Program-made: the position numbers and the translations under genes
Origin: an uncultured Eubacteriales bacterium
Lineage (GTDB): Bacteria > Bacillota > Clostridia > Oscillospirales > Oscillospiraceae
Direction: 5' to 3'
Assembly (NCBI GenBank): GCA_900540545.1
Contig: UQGJ01000014.1
Coordinates: 11,801 to 43,800 of the forward strand
Length of the DNA: 32,000 bases
The notes under the pieces: model-generated
What the model saw: the letters and a program-made list of their open reading frames with translations, nothing else
Told to the model about the DNA's origin: nothing
Databases searched by the model: none
Shown here: piece after piece, positions 1 through 6,836 of the stretch
How positions within the stretch are numbered: position 1 is the first letter of the stretch
Layout: each line of letters starts with the position of its first letter

Positions 1-85
1 TGCCACAATACACTGCGACCTCATTTTGCGTAAATCCGCGCTCTTTTCTACACTGTTTCAAACGTTTTGCTAAAATATCCTTCAT
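1..85 (-). CDS. XRE/Cro-CI-type helix-turn-helix regulator, N-terminal fragment (gene runs off the window start)
   Basis: Reverse complement of 1-85 reads MKDILAKRLKQCRKERGFTQNEVAVYCG, a typical XRE HTH N-terminus. It is open-ended and therefore absent from the ORF track. The region is AT-rich compared with the rest of the window. Confidence 0.6.
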   Translation of the reverse strand, partial: MKDILAKRLKQCRKERGFTQNEVAVYCG

Positions 86-107
86 ACCTTAACACCCACA
101 ATCGTTC

Positions 108-136
108 TTGACAGAGACAGTATAATGGATTAGAAT
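108..136 (+). promoter_or_regulatory. Candidate sigma-A promoter for the 194-463 HTH gene
   Basis: TTGACA (108-113), 17-nt spacer, TAGAAT (131-136). The GGATT-AG-AATCC inverted repeat (128-139) overlaps the -10. A 10-bp palindrome AACAATTGTT lies just downstream and GGATTTAGATTC is repeated at 181-192. Confidence 0.4.
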
Positions 137-193
137 CCAATATATACTAACAATTGTTGGTGTTTTGCTTGAGAATAAAGGATTTAGATTCTG

Positions 194-463
194 GTGGAAC
201 GGAGAGAATGGGCGGTGAAACGTATGGAAGAATCTCAGAGGGAACAGTGGGCTAAGATATTTGGGGAAAATGTGCGGAGACTTCGGGAAAAAGAGGGAAT
301 CAGTGTGGCTGAGTTTGCAAAATACTTACATATTTCTCAGGAGCGGCTGACTCGGTTGGAGGAAGGGGTGATTGATAAGAGATTGAGCATGTCCGTGGTG
401 TTTGCGATTGCCGGGCGGTTCCATCTGAAGGAATATCAGCTGTTTGAGCGGGGAGACGTTTGA
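194..463 (+). CDS. XRE-family helix-turn-helix transcriptional regulator (alternative ATG start at 224)
   Basis: The 89-aa ORF contains FGENVRRLREKEGISVAEFAKYLHISQERLTRLEEG, a classic HTH_3 pattern. It is divergent from the partial HTH gene at 1-85. Low GC. Confidence 0.75.
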   Translation: MERREWAVKRMEESQREQWAKIFGENVRRLREKEGISVAEFAKYLHISQERLTRLEEGVIDKRLSMSVVFAIAGRFHLKEYQLFERGDV

Positions 464-1300
464 GGTCCAGGGGCGGGGCCCCTGCCGGGGGCGGAGTCCC
501 TCCGGGGGGGCCCCTTTCTTCTCGAAGAAAGGGGACGGAAAGAAGGACCGGGGGCGGCACGGGCCACGCTGTGTCCCTATCCGCCGCCCCCTGGACCCCA
601 GAGAACGTCCGGGCGGCGGTACGGTTTATGTTTGTTGGCAAAACCAGAAAGCCGTTGCAGCTCGTATTGGTCTGGCGCTGGAACAACTCCGGCTGCCGCC
701 CCTCGGCATATCACCGGGCAAGACTTGGGAGTCGTTGCGTTTTACTCGGTGCAAACAAGCCGCCACAGGGTCTGTGCGGTTTTGAATTGGCTTTGCGCCT
801 GTTGGGAGTCGGCACGGGCGGCTGATAGCCGCCCCTACAAGAAAGAGACCTTCGGTTTCCCCTGTCCTACGTCCCCCGCAGGGTAGGCTTCTCCACTTGT
901 GGGTTGGCTGCCCGTTGGCGGCTTTGCCGCTTACGGGCAGCTCATGCCCTAGGGGTAGAAGCTGTCGCGCCGTTAGGCGTGACTGATGGGGTGTTACGCT
1001 GAGGGCTTGGTGGTAATCGCCCCATCCGTCACGGGCTACGCCCGTGCCACCTTCCCCACAAGTGGAGAAGGCTACGCCTGCGGGCGGGACGGGGGAAATG
1101 CACTAGCCTTGCCGGGTACTGCCATGCTAGGCGCGCTGCGCCAGCGCATGGGGGGTGACCAACTGCGTGATAGGCCGTAACGGCCGGGGCAGAAGCGGAA
1201 AGGCAGACTTGTTAGCACTAGCCGGTTTCGACTGCCTTGCTTCGTTGGCGCCGCCCCTCGCTCCTTTTTCTTTGGGCCCCCAACCCGTTTCTTTTTCCCG
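464..1300 (+). repeat. Copy A of the non-coding hairpin-mosaic repeat family (longest copy, with nested insertions and a degenerate right end)
   Basis: Aligns module by module with the reverse complement of 18881-19556 and with 30876-31190. Shared runs include GGCGGCGGTACGGTT, GAACAACTCCGGCTGCCGCCC and GGTGCAAACAAGCCGCCAC. No ORF is conserved across copies. Confidence 0.8.
816..838 (-). repeat. REP-like unit: GTAG head plus 8-bp GC hairpin (read on the minus strand)
   Basis: GGGCGGCT-GAT-AGCCGCCC is followed by CTAC (835-838). On the minus strand this reads GTAG immediately 5' of the hairpin. It is homologous to 19212-19236. Confidence 0.5.
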
Positions 1301-1576
1301 CCAGGGACCCACCGAAGGTGGGACGCGGCTTCGCCGCGTACAAGTGTTTTGGCCCACAGGCCAAAACCTTGGAATAGGGCGAATTCACTTCGCCCTATTC
1401 TGTTGAAATCACGGGGTCCCCGTGCGGCCTTGGCCGCATGGGGCTAAAAGAAATGGGCTGGGCCCCCGGAGGGGGACGCTCCAAACTCCCGTCCCCGCCC
1501 GTAAGCGGATAAAATCCGCACCGACAGGCGCCGCCTTAAAAAAGAACCGGACAGCCTTTTAGGCTGTCCGGTTCCA
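1300..1576. repeat. Train of eight short near-perfect hairpins
   Basis: Stems lie at 1308-1322, 1324-1338, 1346-1367, 1372-1400, 1418-1443, 1472-1496, 1505-1519 and 1544-1574. Stems are 5-14 bp with 3-5 nt loops in most. Confidence 0.55.
1538..1574 (-). terminator. Rho-independent terminator (minus strand)
   Basis: A 14-bp perfect stem GAACCGGACAGCCT/AGGCTGTCCGGTTC with loop TTT. On the minus strand it is followed by TTTTTT (the A-run at 1538-1543). Confidence 0.75.
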
Positions 1577-1580
1577 ATGC

Positions 1581-1618
1581 TGGAGCAGGTGACGAGGCTC
1601 GAACCCGCTATCCCACCC
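1581..1618 (-). pseudogene. 3' fragment of tRNA-Gly (anticodon-stem 3' half through CCA), direct repeat of 1732-1769
   Basis: The first 24 nt (TGGAGCAGGTGACGAGGCTCGAAC on the + strand) are identical to the 3' end of the intact tRNA, and similarity continues to about 38 nt. No matching 5' acceptor strand is present. Confidence 0.65.
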
Positions 1619-1635
1619 CGGACCTCTGGATTTGA

Positions 1636-1659
1636 AAAATGCGGTTACACCGCATTTTG
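1636..1659 (-). terminator. Terminator-like hairpin downstream of tRNA-Gly
   Basis: The minus strand reads AAAATGCGG-TGTAA-CCGCATTTTT: a 9-bp stem followed by a T-run, with an A-run on the other side, so it may act bidirectionally. Confidence 0.55.
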
Positions 1660-1660
1660 G

Positions 1661-1682
1661 GTGGAGGCAGCGAGTTCGAGTG
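1661..1682 (+). pseudogene. Inverted partial tRNA-Gly copy (anticodon-stem 3' half to T-loop)
   Basis: The + strand GGTGGAGGCAGCGAGTTCGAG matches the sense sequence of the minus-strand tRNA (GGTGGAGGTAGCGAGTTCGAG) at all but one position. Confidence 0.5.
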
Positions 1683-1731
1683 GTTTGGATGCAGAAACAG
1701 CACCCACCGAAGTGAGTGCTGTTTCTAATGC

Positions 1732-1807
1732 TGGAGCAGGTGACGAGGCTCGAACTCGCTACCTCCACCTTGGCAAGGTGGCGCTCTACCAGATGAGCTA
1801 CACCTGC
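1732..1807 (-). tRNA. tRNA-Gly (anticodon GCC), CCA encoded
   Basis: The 76-nt cloverleaf was folded by hand: acceptor GCAGGTG/CACCTGC, D stem GCTC/GAGC, anticodon stem CCACC/GGTGG with loop TTGCCAA, T arm GCGAG-TTCGAGC-CTCGT, then T-CCA. Confidence 0.92.
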
Positions 1808-1821
1808 AAGCGACGAATGAT

Positions 1822-1850
1822 ATTATACCTACGCCGCTCTATTTTGTCAA
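1822..1850 (-). promoter_or_regulatory. Consensus sigma-A promoter for tRNA-Gly
   Basis: The minus strand reads TTGACA (1850-1845), 17-nt spacer, TATAAT (1827-1822). The tRNA 5' end is 14 nt downstream of the -10. The -35 overlaps the stop codon of the upstream lipoprotein gene. Confidence 0.7.
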
Positions 1851-2971
1851 GGGGTATTCTGCAAGTTTTCTTCCGATTCGCCGCAGGCCGGGTAATCGGC
1901 GGAAGTCCACTCATAGCCCAAGTCGGTCATGTCCTGGTCGGTGAGGAGGAAACCGTCCCCGCCCAAGGAGGGGTCCACGTGGCGGTAGCCCGCCTGGGCG
2001 GACAGGATGACCCAGTAGTGGGGTTCCCCGTCCAGGGAACCCTCCACCACCTGGCTCTCCAGGCCGGCCGCGTCGCAGAGCAGACGGTAGGCCAGGGCCA
2101 GGCCCTGGCTGTCCCCGGTACCCTCCATGAGGCACCAGGCGGTGGACAGGGGGGCGGCCTCCTGGGGCTCGTGAGCGGCGATGCGGTCGGTGAGGGCGGT
2201 GAGCAGGGCCCGGGCCAGGTCGTCGCCCCGGAGGTTGTTCTCCTGGAGGGGAAGCAGGAGGCTGTCGGCCTGGTTGGTGAGGGCGCGGCTCTGGGCCTGG
2301 AGGACCGCCGGGTCCTCGGGGTAAGTGAAGGTGACCTCCACGATGCGCTGGAAGCCGCTGTCGGGGTAGAGGGCCACCTCCACCTGGGGCATGCCCAGGG
2401 CGGCGGCGGGGGTGTCGTAATAGGTCTCGCGGATGAGGGCGCGGATATAGTCGGCGTCCTCGCTGAAATAGTTGAGCTTGAGGGCCACCTCGGGGCGGAA
2501 GCCGGACAGGGCGGAGCGGAGCTGGGTACGGATAGCCCCGCTGCCCGTCACGTCGGTGACGGCGTCCACCTGCTCTTTGGTGCGGCGGTAGGCGATGGTG
2601 ACGGTGGCCTCGTAGTACATGACGATGCGCTCCAGGTCGGTGTCGATGGCGTCGATGGCGTAGTTGCCCAGGGGATCGTCGTGGTAGACCTCCTCCCGGG
2701 CCCGGGTGAGGTCGTCCTCCACAGTGCTGCCGGCGGTGGGGGTGTAGTTCCGCAGGCGGATGACGCCGGTCTCCTGGTGGGCCTTGACCATGGCCCACAG
2801 GGCGTTGGAAAGCTGCTGGTAGGTCTCCACCCGGATGGCGTTGGAGTCGTCCACCACGGCGGGAAACTGGGGGTGGGGGGAGAGGGAGACGTACTCCCGC
2901 TCCAGCATGGAGGAGCAGCCCGTGAGCAGCAGCGCGGCGCACAGGGCCAGGGCGGGGATGGGCTTGTTCAC
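1847..2971 (-). CDS. Putative lipoprotein with a C-terminal transglutaminase-like core (Ser in place of the usual Cys)
   Basis: The ORF is 1847-3163, but an internal GTG at 2971 has an RBS (GAAAGGGG). It opens a lipobox signal VNKPIPALALCAALLLTGC and avoids overlap with the upstream gene. The C-terminus GTGDSQGLALAYRLLCDAAGL...EPHYWVIL...YRHVDP resembles the TGase-core Cys-His-Asp layout. Confidence 0.75.
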   Translation of the reverse strand: MNKPIPALALCAALLLTGCSSMLEREYVSLSPHPQFPAVVDDSNAIRVETYQQLSNALWAMVKAHQETGVIRLRNYTPTAGSTVEDDLTRAREEVYHDDPLGNYAIDAIDTDLERIVMYYEATVTIAYRRTKEQVDAVTDVTGSGAIRTQLRSALSGFRPEVALKLNYFSEDADYIRALIRETYYDTPAAALGMPQVEVALYPDSGFQRIVEVTFTYPEDPAVLQAQSRALTNQADSLLLPLQENNLRGDDLARALLTALTDRIAAHEPQEAAPLSTAWCLMEGTGDSQGLALAYRLLCDAAGLESQVVEGSLDGEPHYWVILSAQAGYRHVDPSLGGDGFLLTDQDMTDLGYEWTSADYPACGESEENLQNTP

Positions 2972-3048
2972 GGGAGACACCCCTTTCAAATTAAGAATTA
3001 GAAATGAAGAATGAAGAATTTCGTCTGCGGGCGGGACGAGGGAATTTT

Positions 3049-3636
3049 TTAGTAGCCCAGGTCCTCGTCGATGAGGACGACCTCGAAGTCCATGGAGGTG
3101 GGCTTTTGCCAGTAGACCACCAGGGCGGAGCAGATGCGCTCGGGGCTTTTGCAGTCGTAGCACTTATCGCCCTTGACGGCGCAGGGGGTATTTTTGTGCA
3201 GGCGCTGGGCGTTCTTGGGGCTGGCGATGTTCCGGGCCCGCCAGAGGGCGGCATCGTAGTCCGGGGCAATTTTGTTGCGGCCCACGATGAAGTAGACCTT
3301 CTGGTGGCCAAAGAGGCCGGAGGCCACCCGGTTGCCGGTGCCGTCGATGTTGATGAGCTCCCCGGTCTCGGCCACGCCGTTGAGGGAGGAGAGGTAGACT
3401 TGGGTGGTGGCGGCATCCTGCAGGACGCCGTCGGCCCAGTGCCAAATCACTTGATTATGTAGGGCCAGGCGGTCGGCCAAGCCCATCTCCCGGATGGTCA
3501 TGGAGCCGCCGATGCCGATGGTCCTGCCGTCCAGGGCGGCGTCCAGATAGTCGGAGGCCGCGGCGGCGGTGGGGAAGAAAGAGACCGAGAAGCCCTCGGC
3601 CTCCAGGTTTTTGCGGAGTTTTTCGTAGTCGGGCAT
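3049..3636 (-). CDS. LUD-domain (lactate-utilisation / YkgG-LutC-like, DUF162) protein
   Basis: ATG at 3636 has AAGGAG 10 nt upstream. Family-typical motifs are present: INIDGTGNRVAS, ALWRARNIASPKNAQRL and CAVKGDKCYDCKSPERIC. Confidence 0.88.
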   Translation of the reverse strand: MPDYEKLRKNLEAEGFSVSFFPTAAAASDYLDAALDGRTIGIGGSMTIREMGLADRLALHNQVIWHWADGVLQDAATTQVYLSSLNGVAETGELINIDGTGNRVASGLFGHQKVYFIVGRNKIAPDYDAALWRARNIASPKNAQRLHKNTPCAVKGDKCYDCKSPERICSALVVYWQKPTSMDFEVVLIDEDLGY

Positions 3637-3681
3637 AAAATCAACACTCCTTTTTGGCTTCCCCAAGGGGAAGCCAATCCA

Positions 3682-4539
3682 TTACAGCTCGTTTTGTTTA
3701 TAGGCGCGGAAGCCCTCGCCCAGGACGTCGTGGGCGTCGCAGACAATGAGGAAGGCGGCGGGGTCGATGTCCTTCACCATGCTCTTCAAGGTGACGATCT
3801 GCCGCTGCTTGAAGGCGCACATGAGGACCTGCTTCTCCTCGCCGGACCAGGCGCCCTCCCCCTTGAGGATGGTGACGCCCCGGTCCATCTCCTGGACGAT
3901 CTTGTCGGAGATGGCCTTGTGGTGGTCGGAGATGATATAGGCCACCTTGGCGGTGTCCATGCCGTAGAGCACCATGTCCATGACCATGGAGGAGATATAC
4001 AGGGCCACCACGCCGTAGAGGGCGCTGTTCAGGTTGCCGAAGGCGATGGCCACGGCCACGATGACCACCAGGTCGATGCCCAGCAGCAGCTTGCCCATGG
4101 GCAGCCAGGCCATTTTCAGCTTCATCAGCCGGGCGATGAGGTCGGTGCCGCCGGTGGTGGCCCCCTGCTGGAACACCACGCCCAGGGTGCCGCCCATGAT
4201 GACGCCGCCGTAGATGGTGGCCAGCATGGGGTCCATGGGCTCGAAGGTGTGGACCGCGTCCAGCAGGTCGATAAAGACCGACGAGACGAACATGGAGTAG
4301 AGGGAGGACACCAGCAGGTGGCCGCCGATGAACTTCCAGCCCAGGATGAACAGTGGGATGTTCAGGATGATGACCACTGTGCCGATGGGGGCCCAGGGCA
4401 GGATGGCGTTGATGATCTGCCCCACGCCGGTGATGCCGCCGAAGCCGATGTGGTTGGGGGCGTAGCACCAGTTGAAGCCGATGGCGTAGATGATGGACGA
4501 GATGGTGATCCAGAGATAGGGGAGCAGCTTCTGTTTCAT
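3682..4539 (-). CDS. YitT-family membrane protein (C-terminal DUF2179)
   Basis: 285 aa with multiple TM helices plus a C-terminal soluble domain (VTILKGEGAWSGEEKQVL...IVCDAHDVLGEGF) typical of YitT/DUF2179. GGAGG RBS. Confidence 0.88.
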   Translation of the reverse strand: MKQKLLPYLWITISSIIYAIGFNWCYAPNHIGFGGITGVGQIINAILPWAPIGTVVIILNIPLFILGWKFIGGHLLVSSLYSMFVSSVFIDLLDAVHTFEPMDPMLATIYGGVIMGGTLGVVFQQGATTGGTDLIARLMKLKMAWLPMGKLLLGIDLVVIVAVAIAFGNLNSALYGVVALYISSMVMDMVLYGMDTAKVAYIISDHHKAISDKIVQEMDRGVTILKGEGAWSGEEKQVLMCAFKQRQIVTLKSMVKDIDPAAFLIVCDAHDVLGEGFRAYKQNEL

Positions 4540-4558
4540 TCGGGTACCTCCAGGCAGA

Positions 4559-6802
4559 TTACATCAGGGTCAGCTGCTCCTCGCCCCGGTCCTCTTCTTT
4601 CAGGAGGGCGCCGGCCACGGGCAGGCTGCGGGCCCGGTAGCGGGCGGCGTTGACCACGGTGGAGCCCTCCAGGGGGTAGGCGGCTTCCACCTTGTATTTG
4701 GGCTTGAGGGTCATCACGTTGACGCCCTGGGTGCTGCGGGTGGCCTTGGGGGCCAGGGAGGCGGTGTGGAACACCAGGGCGCGGCCCTCGGTGGAGCGGA
4801 CCACCATCTCCATGTCCTCTTTCAGCAGGTAGGCCGCCACCAGGGGAGACTTGTCGCTGTACGCGCCGGTGAGGCGCTTGCGGCGGGTCTGGGTCTGGTA
4901 GCCGGACAGCTCCACCCGGGCCACCTTGCCGTTGGCGAAGAAGAACAGCAGGTTGCCGGTGTAGTCGCCGGGGATGCAGGCCCAGAGGAAGCCCTCCCCC
5001 TCGTCGAAGCCCAGCTTGCCGGGGAGGTAGTCCCCCAGGACGCTGGCCTTGGCGTCGTCGAAGTCGGACAGCCGGGCCTTGTAACACTGCTGCCGGTCGG
5101 TAAAGACCATGAGCTCGTCCCGGTTGTTGGCCTCCCACTGCTGGAAGGGGCCGTCCCCCTCCTTGTACTTCTGCTCCGAGGCCATGCGCAGGGAGGCGGG
5201 GGTGATCTTCTTGAAGTAGCCCTCTTTCGACAGGAAGACGTTCACCGGGTAGTCGGGGGCGGCTTCCTCCTCCTCCGGCTCCTCCACGAGCTGGTGCTCG
5301 TAGACGATGTCGGTGCGGCGGGGGACGGCGTACTTCTTCTTCACGTCCTTGAGTTCTTCCATGATGATATGTTTGATGCGCTTGGGGTTATTCACGATGT
5401 CCTGGAGGTCGGCGATCTCCTCCTCCAGGGAAGAGGTTTCCTCGATGCGCTTCAAGATATACTCTTTGTTGATGTTGCGCAGCTTGATGTCGGCCACGTA
5501 CTCGGCCTGGATGGTGTCGATGCCGAAGCCGATCATCAGGTTGGGGATGACCTCGGCGTCCTCCTCGGTCTCCCGGATGATTTTGATGGCCCGGTCGATG
5601 TCCAGGAGGATTTTTTTCAGGCCCTTGAGCAGGTGCAGCTTGTCCTGCTTCTTCTTCATCACGAAGTAGGTGCGCCGCCGGACCCCGTCCATGCGCCAGG
5701 CCGTCCACTCCTCCAGAATCTCGCCCACGCCCATGACCCGGGGCATACCGCCGATGAGGATGTTGAAGTTGCAGCCGAAGGAGTCCCGCAGGGGGGTCAT
5801 GCGGAACAGCTTCTGCATGAGCTTGTCCGGGTCGGTGCCCCGCTTCAGGTCCACCGTCAGCTTGAGACCGGACAGGTCGGTCTCGTCCCGCATGTCGGCG
5901 ATTTCCTTGATTTTGCCGCTCTTCACCAGCTCGGCCACCTTGTCCATGATGGCCTCCACGGTAGTGGAGTAGGGTATCTCAAAGATTTCAATGAGGTTTT
6001 CCTCTTTGACATACCGCCACTTGGCCCTGACCTGGAAGGAGCCCCGGCCGCTCTGGTAGATGGCGGCAAGCTGGCTGCCGTCGTAGATGAGCTCGCCGCC
6101 GGTGGGGAAGTCGGGAGCCTTCAGGGTGGACATGAGGTCGTGGTTGGGGTTTTTCAGGTATTCGATGGTGGTGTCGCAGACCTCTCCCAGGTTGAAGCCG
6201 CAGATGTTGGAGGCCATGCCCACGGCGATGCCCATGTTGGAGGACACCAGTACGTTGGGGAATGTGGTGGGCAGGAGGGTGGGCTCCTGGATGGTGCCGT
6301 CGTAGTTGGGGCCGAAGTCCACGGCGTCCTGGTCGATGTCCCGGAAGAACTCGGCGCAGATGGGGTCCAGCCGGGCCTCGGTGTACCGGCTGGCGGCCCA
6401 GGCCATGTCCCGGGAGTAGACCTTGCCGAAGTTGCCCTTGGAGTCCACCAGGGGGTGGAGCAGGGCCCCGTAGCCCCGGCTGAGGCGGACCATGGTGTCG
6501 TAGATGGCCTGGTCGCCGTGGGGGTTGAGCTTCATGGTCTGGCCCACGATGTTGGCGGATTTGGTCCGGGCGCCGCCCAGCAGCCTCATGGTGTACATGG
6601 TGTACAGCAGCTTGCGGTGGGAGGGCTTGAAGCCGTCGATCTCCGGGATGGCCCGGGAGACGATGACGCTCATGGCGTAGGGCATGTAGTTGATCTCCAG
6701 GGTCTGGGTGATGGGCTGTTCCATCACCTCGCCGCGGATGCCCAGCACGTTGGGGTTGTCCACCCGCTTGGCCCCGTCCTGGGGCGTTTTTTTCTTAGCC
6801 AT
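4559..6802 (-). CDS. parC: Type IIA DNA topoisomerase subunit A (ParC/GyrA family; ParC-like because the C-terminal domain is short and no GyrA box was seen)
   Basis: 747 aa with MPYAMSVIVSRAIPEIDGFKPSHRK and the active-site AASRYTEARL (catalytic Tyr). I found no QRRGGKG-type GyrA box in the C-terminal domain. Confidence 0.93.
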   Translation of the reverse strand: MAKKKTPQDGAKRVDNPNVLGIRGEVMEQPITQTLEINYMPYAMSVIVSRAIPEIDGFKPSHRKLLYTMYTMRLLGGARTKSANIVGQTMKLNPHGDQAIYDTMVRLSRGYGALLHPLVDSKGNFGKVYSRDMAWAASRYTEARLDPICAEFFRDIDQDAVDFGPNYDGTIQEPTLLPTTFPNVLVSSNMGIAVGMASNICGFNLGEVCDTTIEYLKNPNHDLMSTLKAPDFPTGGELIYDGSQLAAIYQSGRGSFQVRAKWRYVKEENLIEIFEIPYSTTVEAIMDKVAELVKSGKIKEIADMRDETDLSGLKLTVDLKRGTDPDKLMQKLFRMTPLRDSFGCNFNILIGGMPRVMGVGEILEEWTAWRMDGVRRRTYFVMKKKQDKLHLLKGLKKILLDIDRAIKIIRETEEDAEVIPNLMIGFGIDTIQAEYVADIKLRNINKEYILKRIEETSSLEEEIADLQDIVNNPKRIKHIIMEELKDVKKKYAVPRRTDIVYEHQLVEEPEEEEAAPDYPVNVFLSKEGYFKKITPASLRMASEQKYKEGDGPFQQWEANNRDELMVFTDRQQCYKARLSDFDDAKASVLGDYLPGKLGFDEGEGFLWACIPGDYTGNLLFFFANGKVARVELSGYQTQTRRKRLTGAYSDKSPLVAAYLLKEDMEMVVRSTEGRALVFHTASLAPKATRSTQGVNVMTLKPKYKVEAAYPLEGSTVVNAARYRARSLPVAGALLKEEDRGEEQLTLM

Positions 6803-6836
6803 TGGTATCAGTCCTTGTCATTGAGTGTATCGTCCT

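Noticed and set aside
613-640. A group II intron domain V remnant (GTACGGTT string in the repeat core).
   Set aside because: The complementary 5' half of domain V (GAGCCGTAT-type), the AGC triad context, the domain VI bulged A and an IEP ORF are all absent.
464-1576. A CRISPR array, considered because of the many short palindromic repeats.
   Set aside because: There is no regularly spaced identical direct repeat, the hairpins differ in sequence and spacing, and no cas genes are present.
1581-1700. A possible second tRNA (tRNA-Sec-like: a TTCAAAT string plus a perfect T-arm/acceptor 3' strand with CCA).
   Set aside because: No 5' acceptor strand complementary to CACCTGC exists within 120 nt, and no anticodon stem can be formed around TCA. 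The AAAATGCGG/CCGCATTTT hairpin is a terminator. The region is interpreted as a tRNA 3' fragment.
1577-3001. Long ORFs antisense to the called genes. Examples are 1577-3001+, 3694-4653+, 4766-6856+, 8724-10526+, 11374-14655+, 15115-17157+, 17796-18719-, 21841-24270-, 24327-25055-, 25031-25942-, 26519-28006-, 28249-29415- and 31165-31863-.
   Set aside because: Their products are G/A/V/L/H/D/P/R-rich and low in complexity, with no recognisable motifs. This is the usual mirror-frame artefact of high-GC coding DNA. The opposite strand encodes clearly recognisable proteins in every case.
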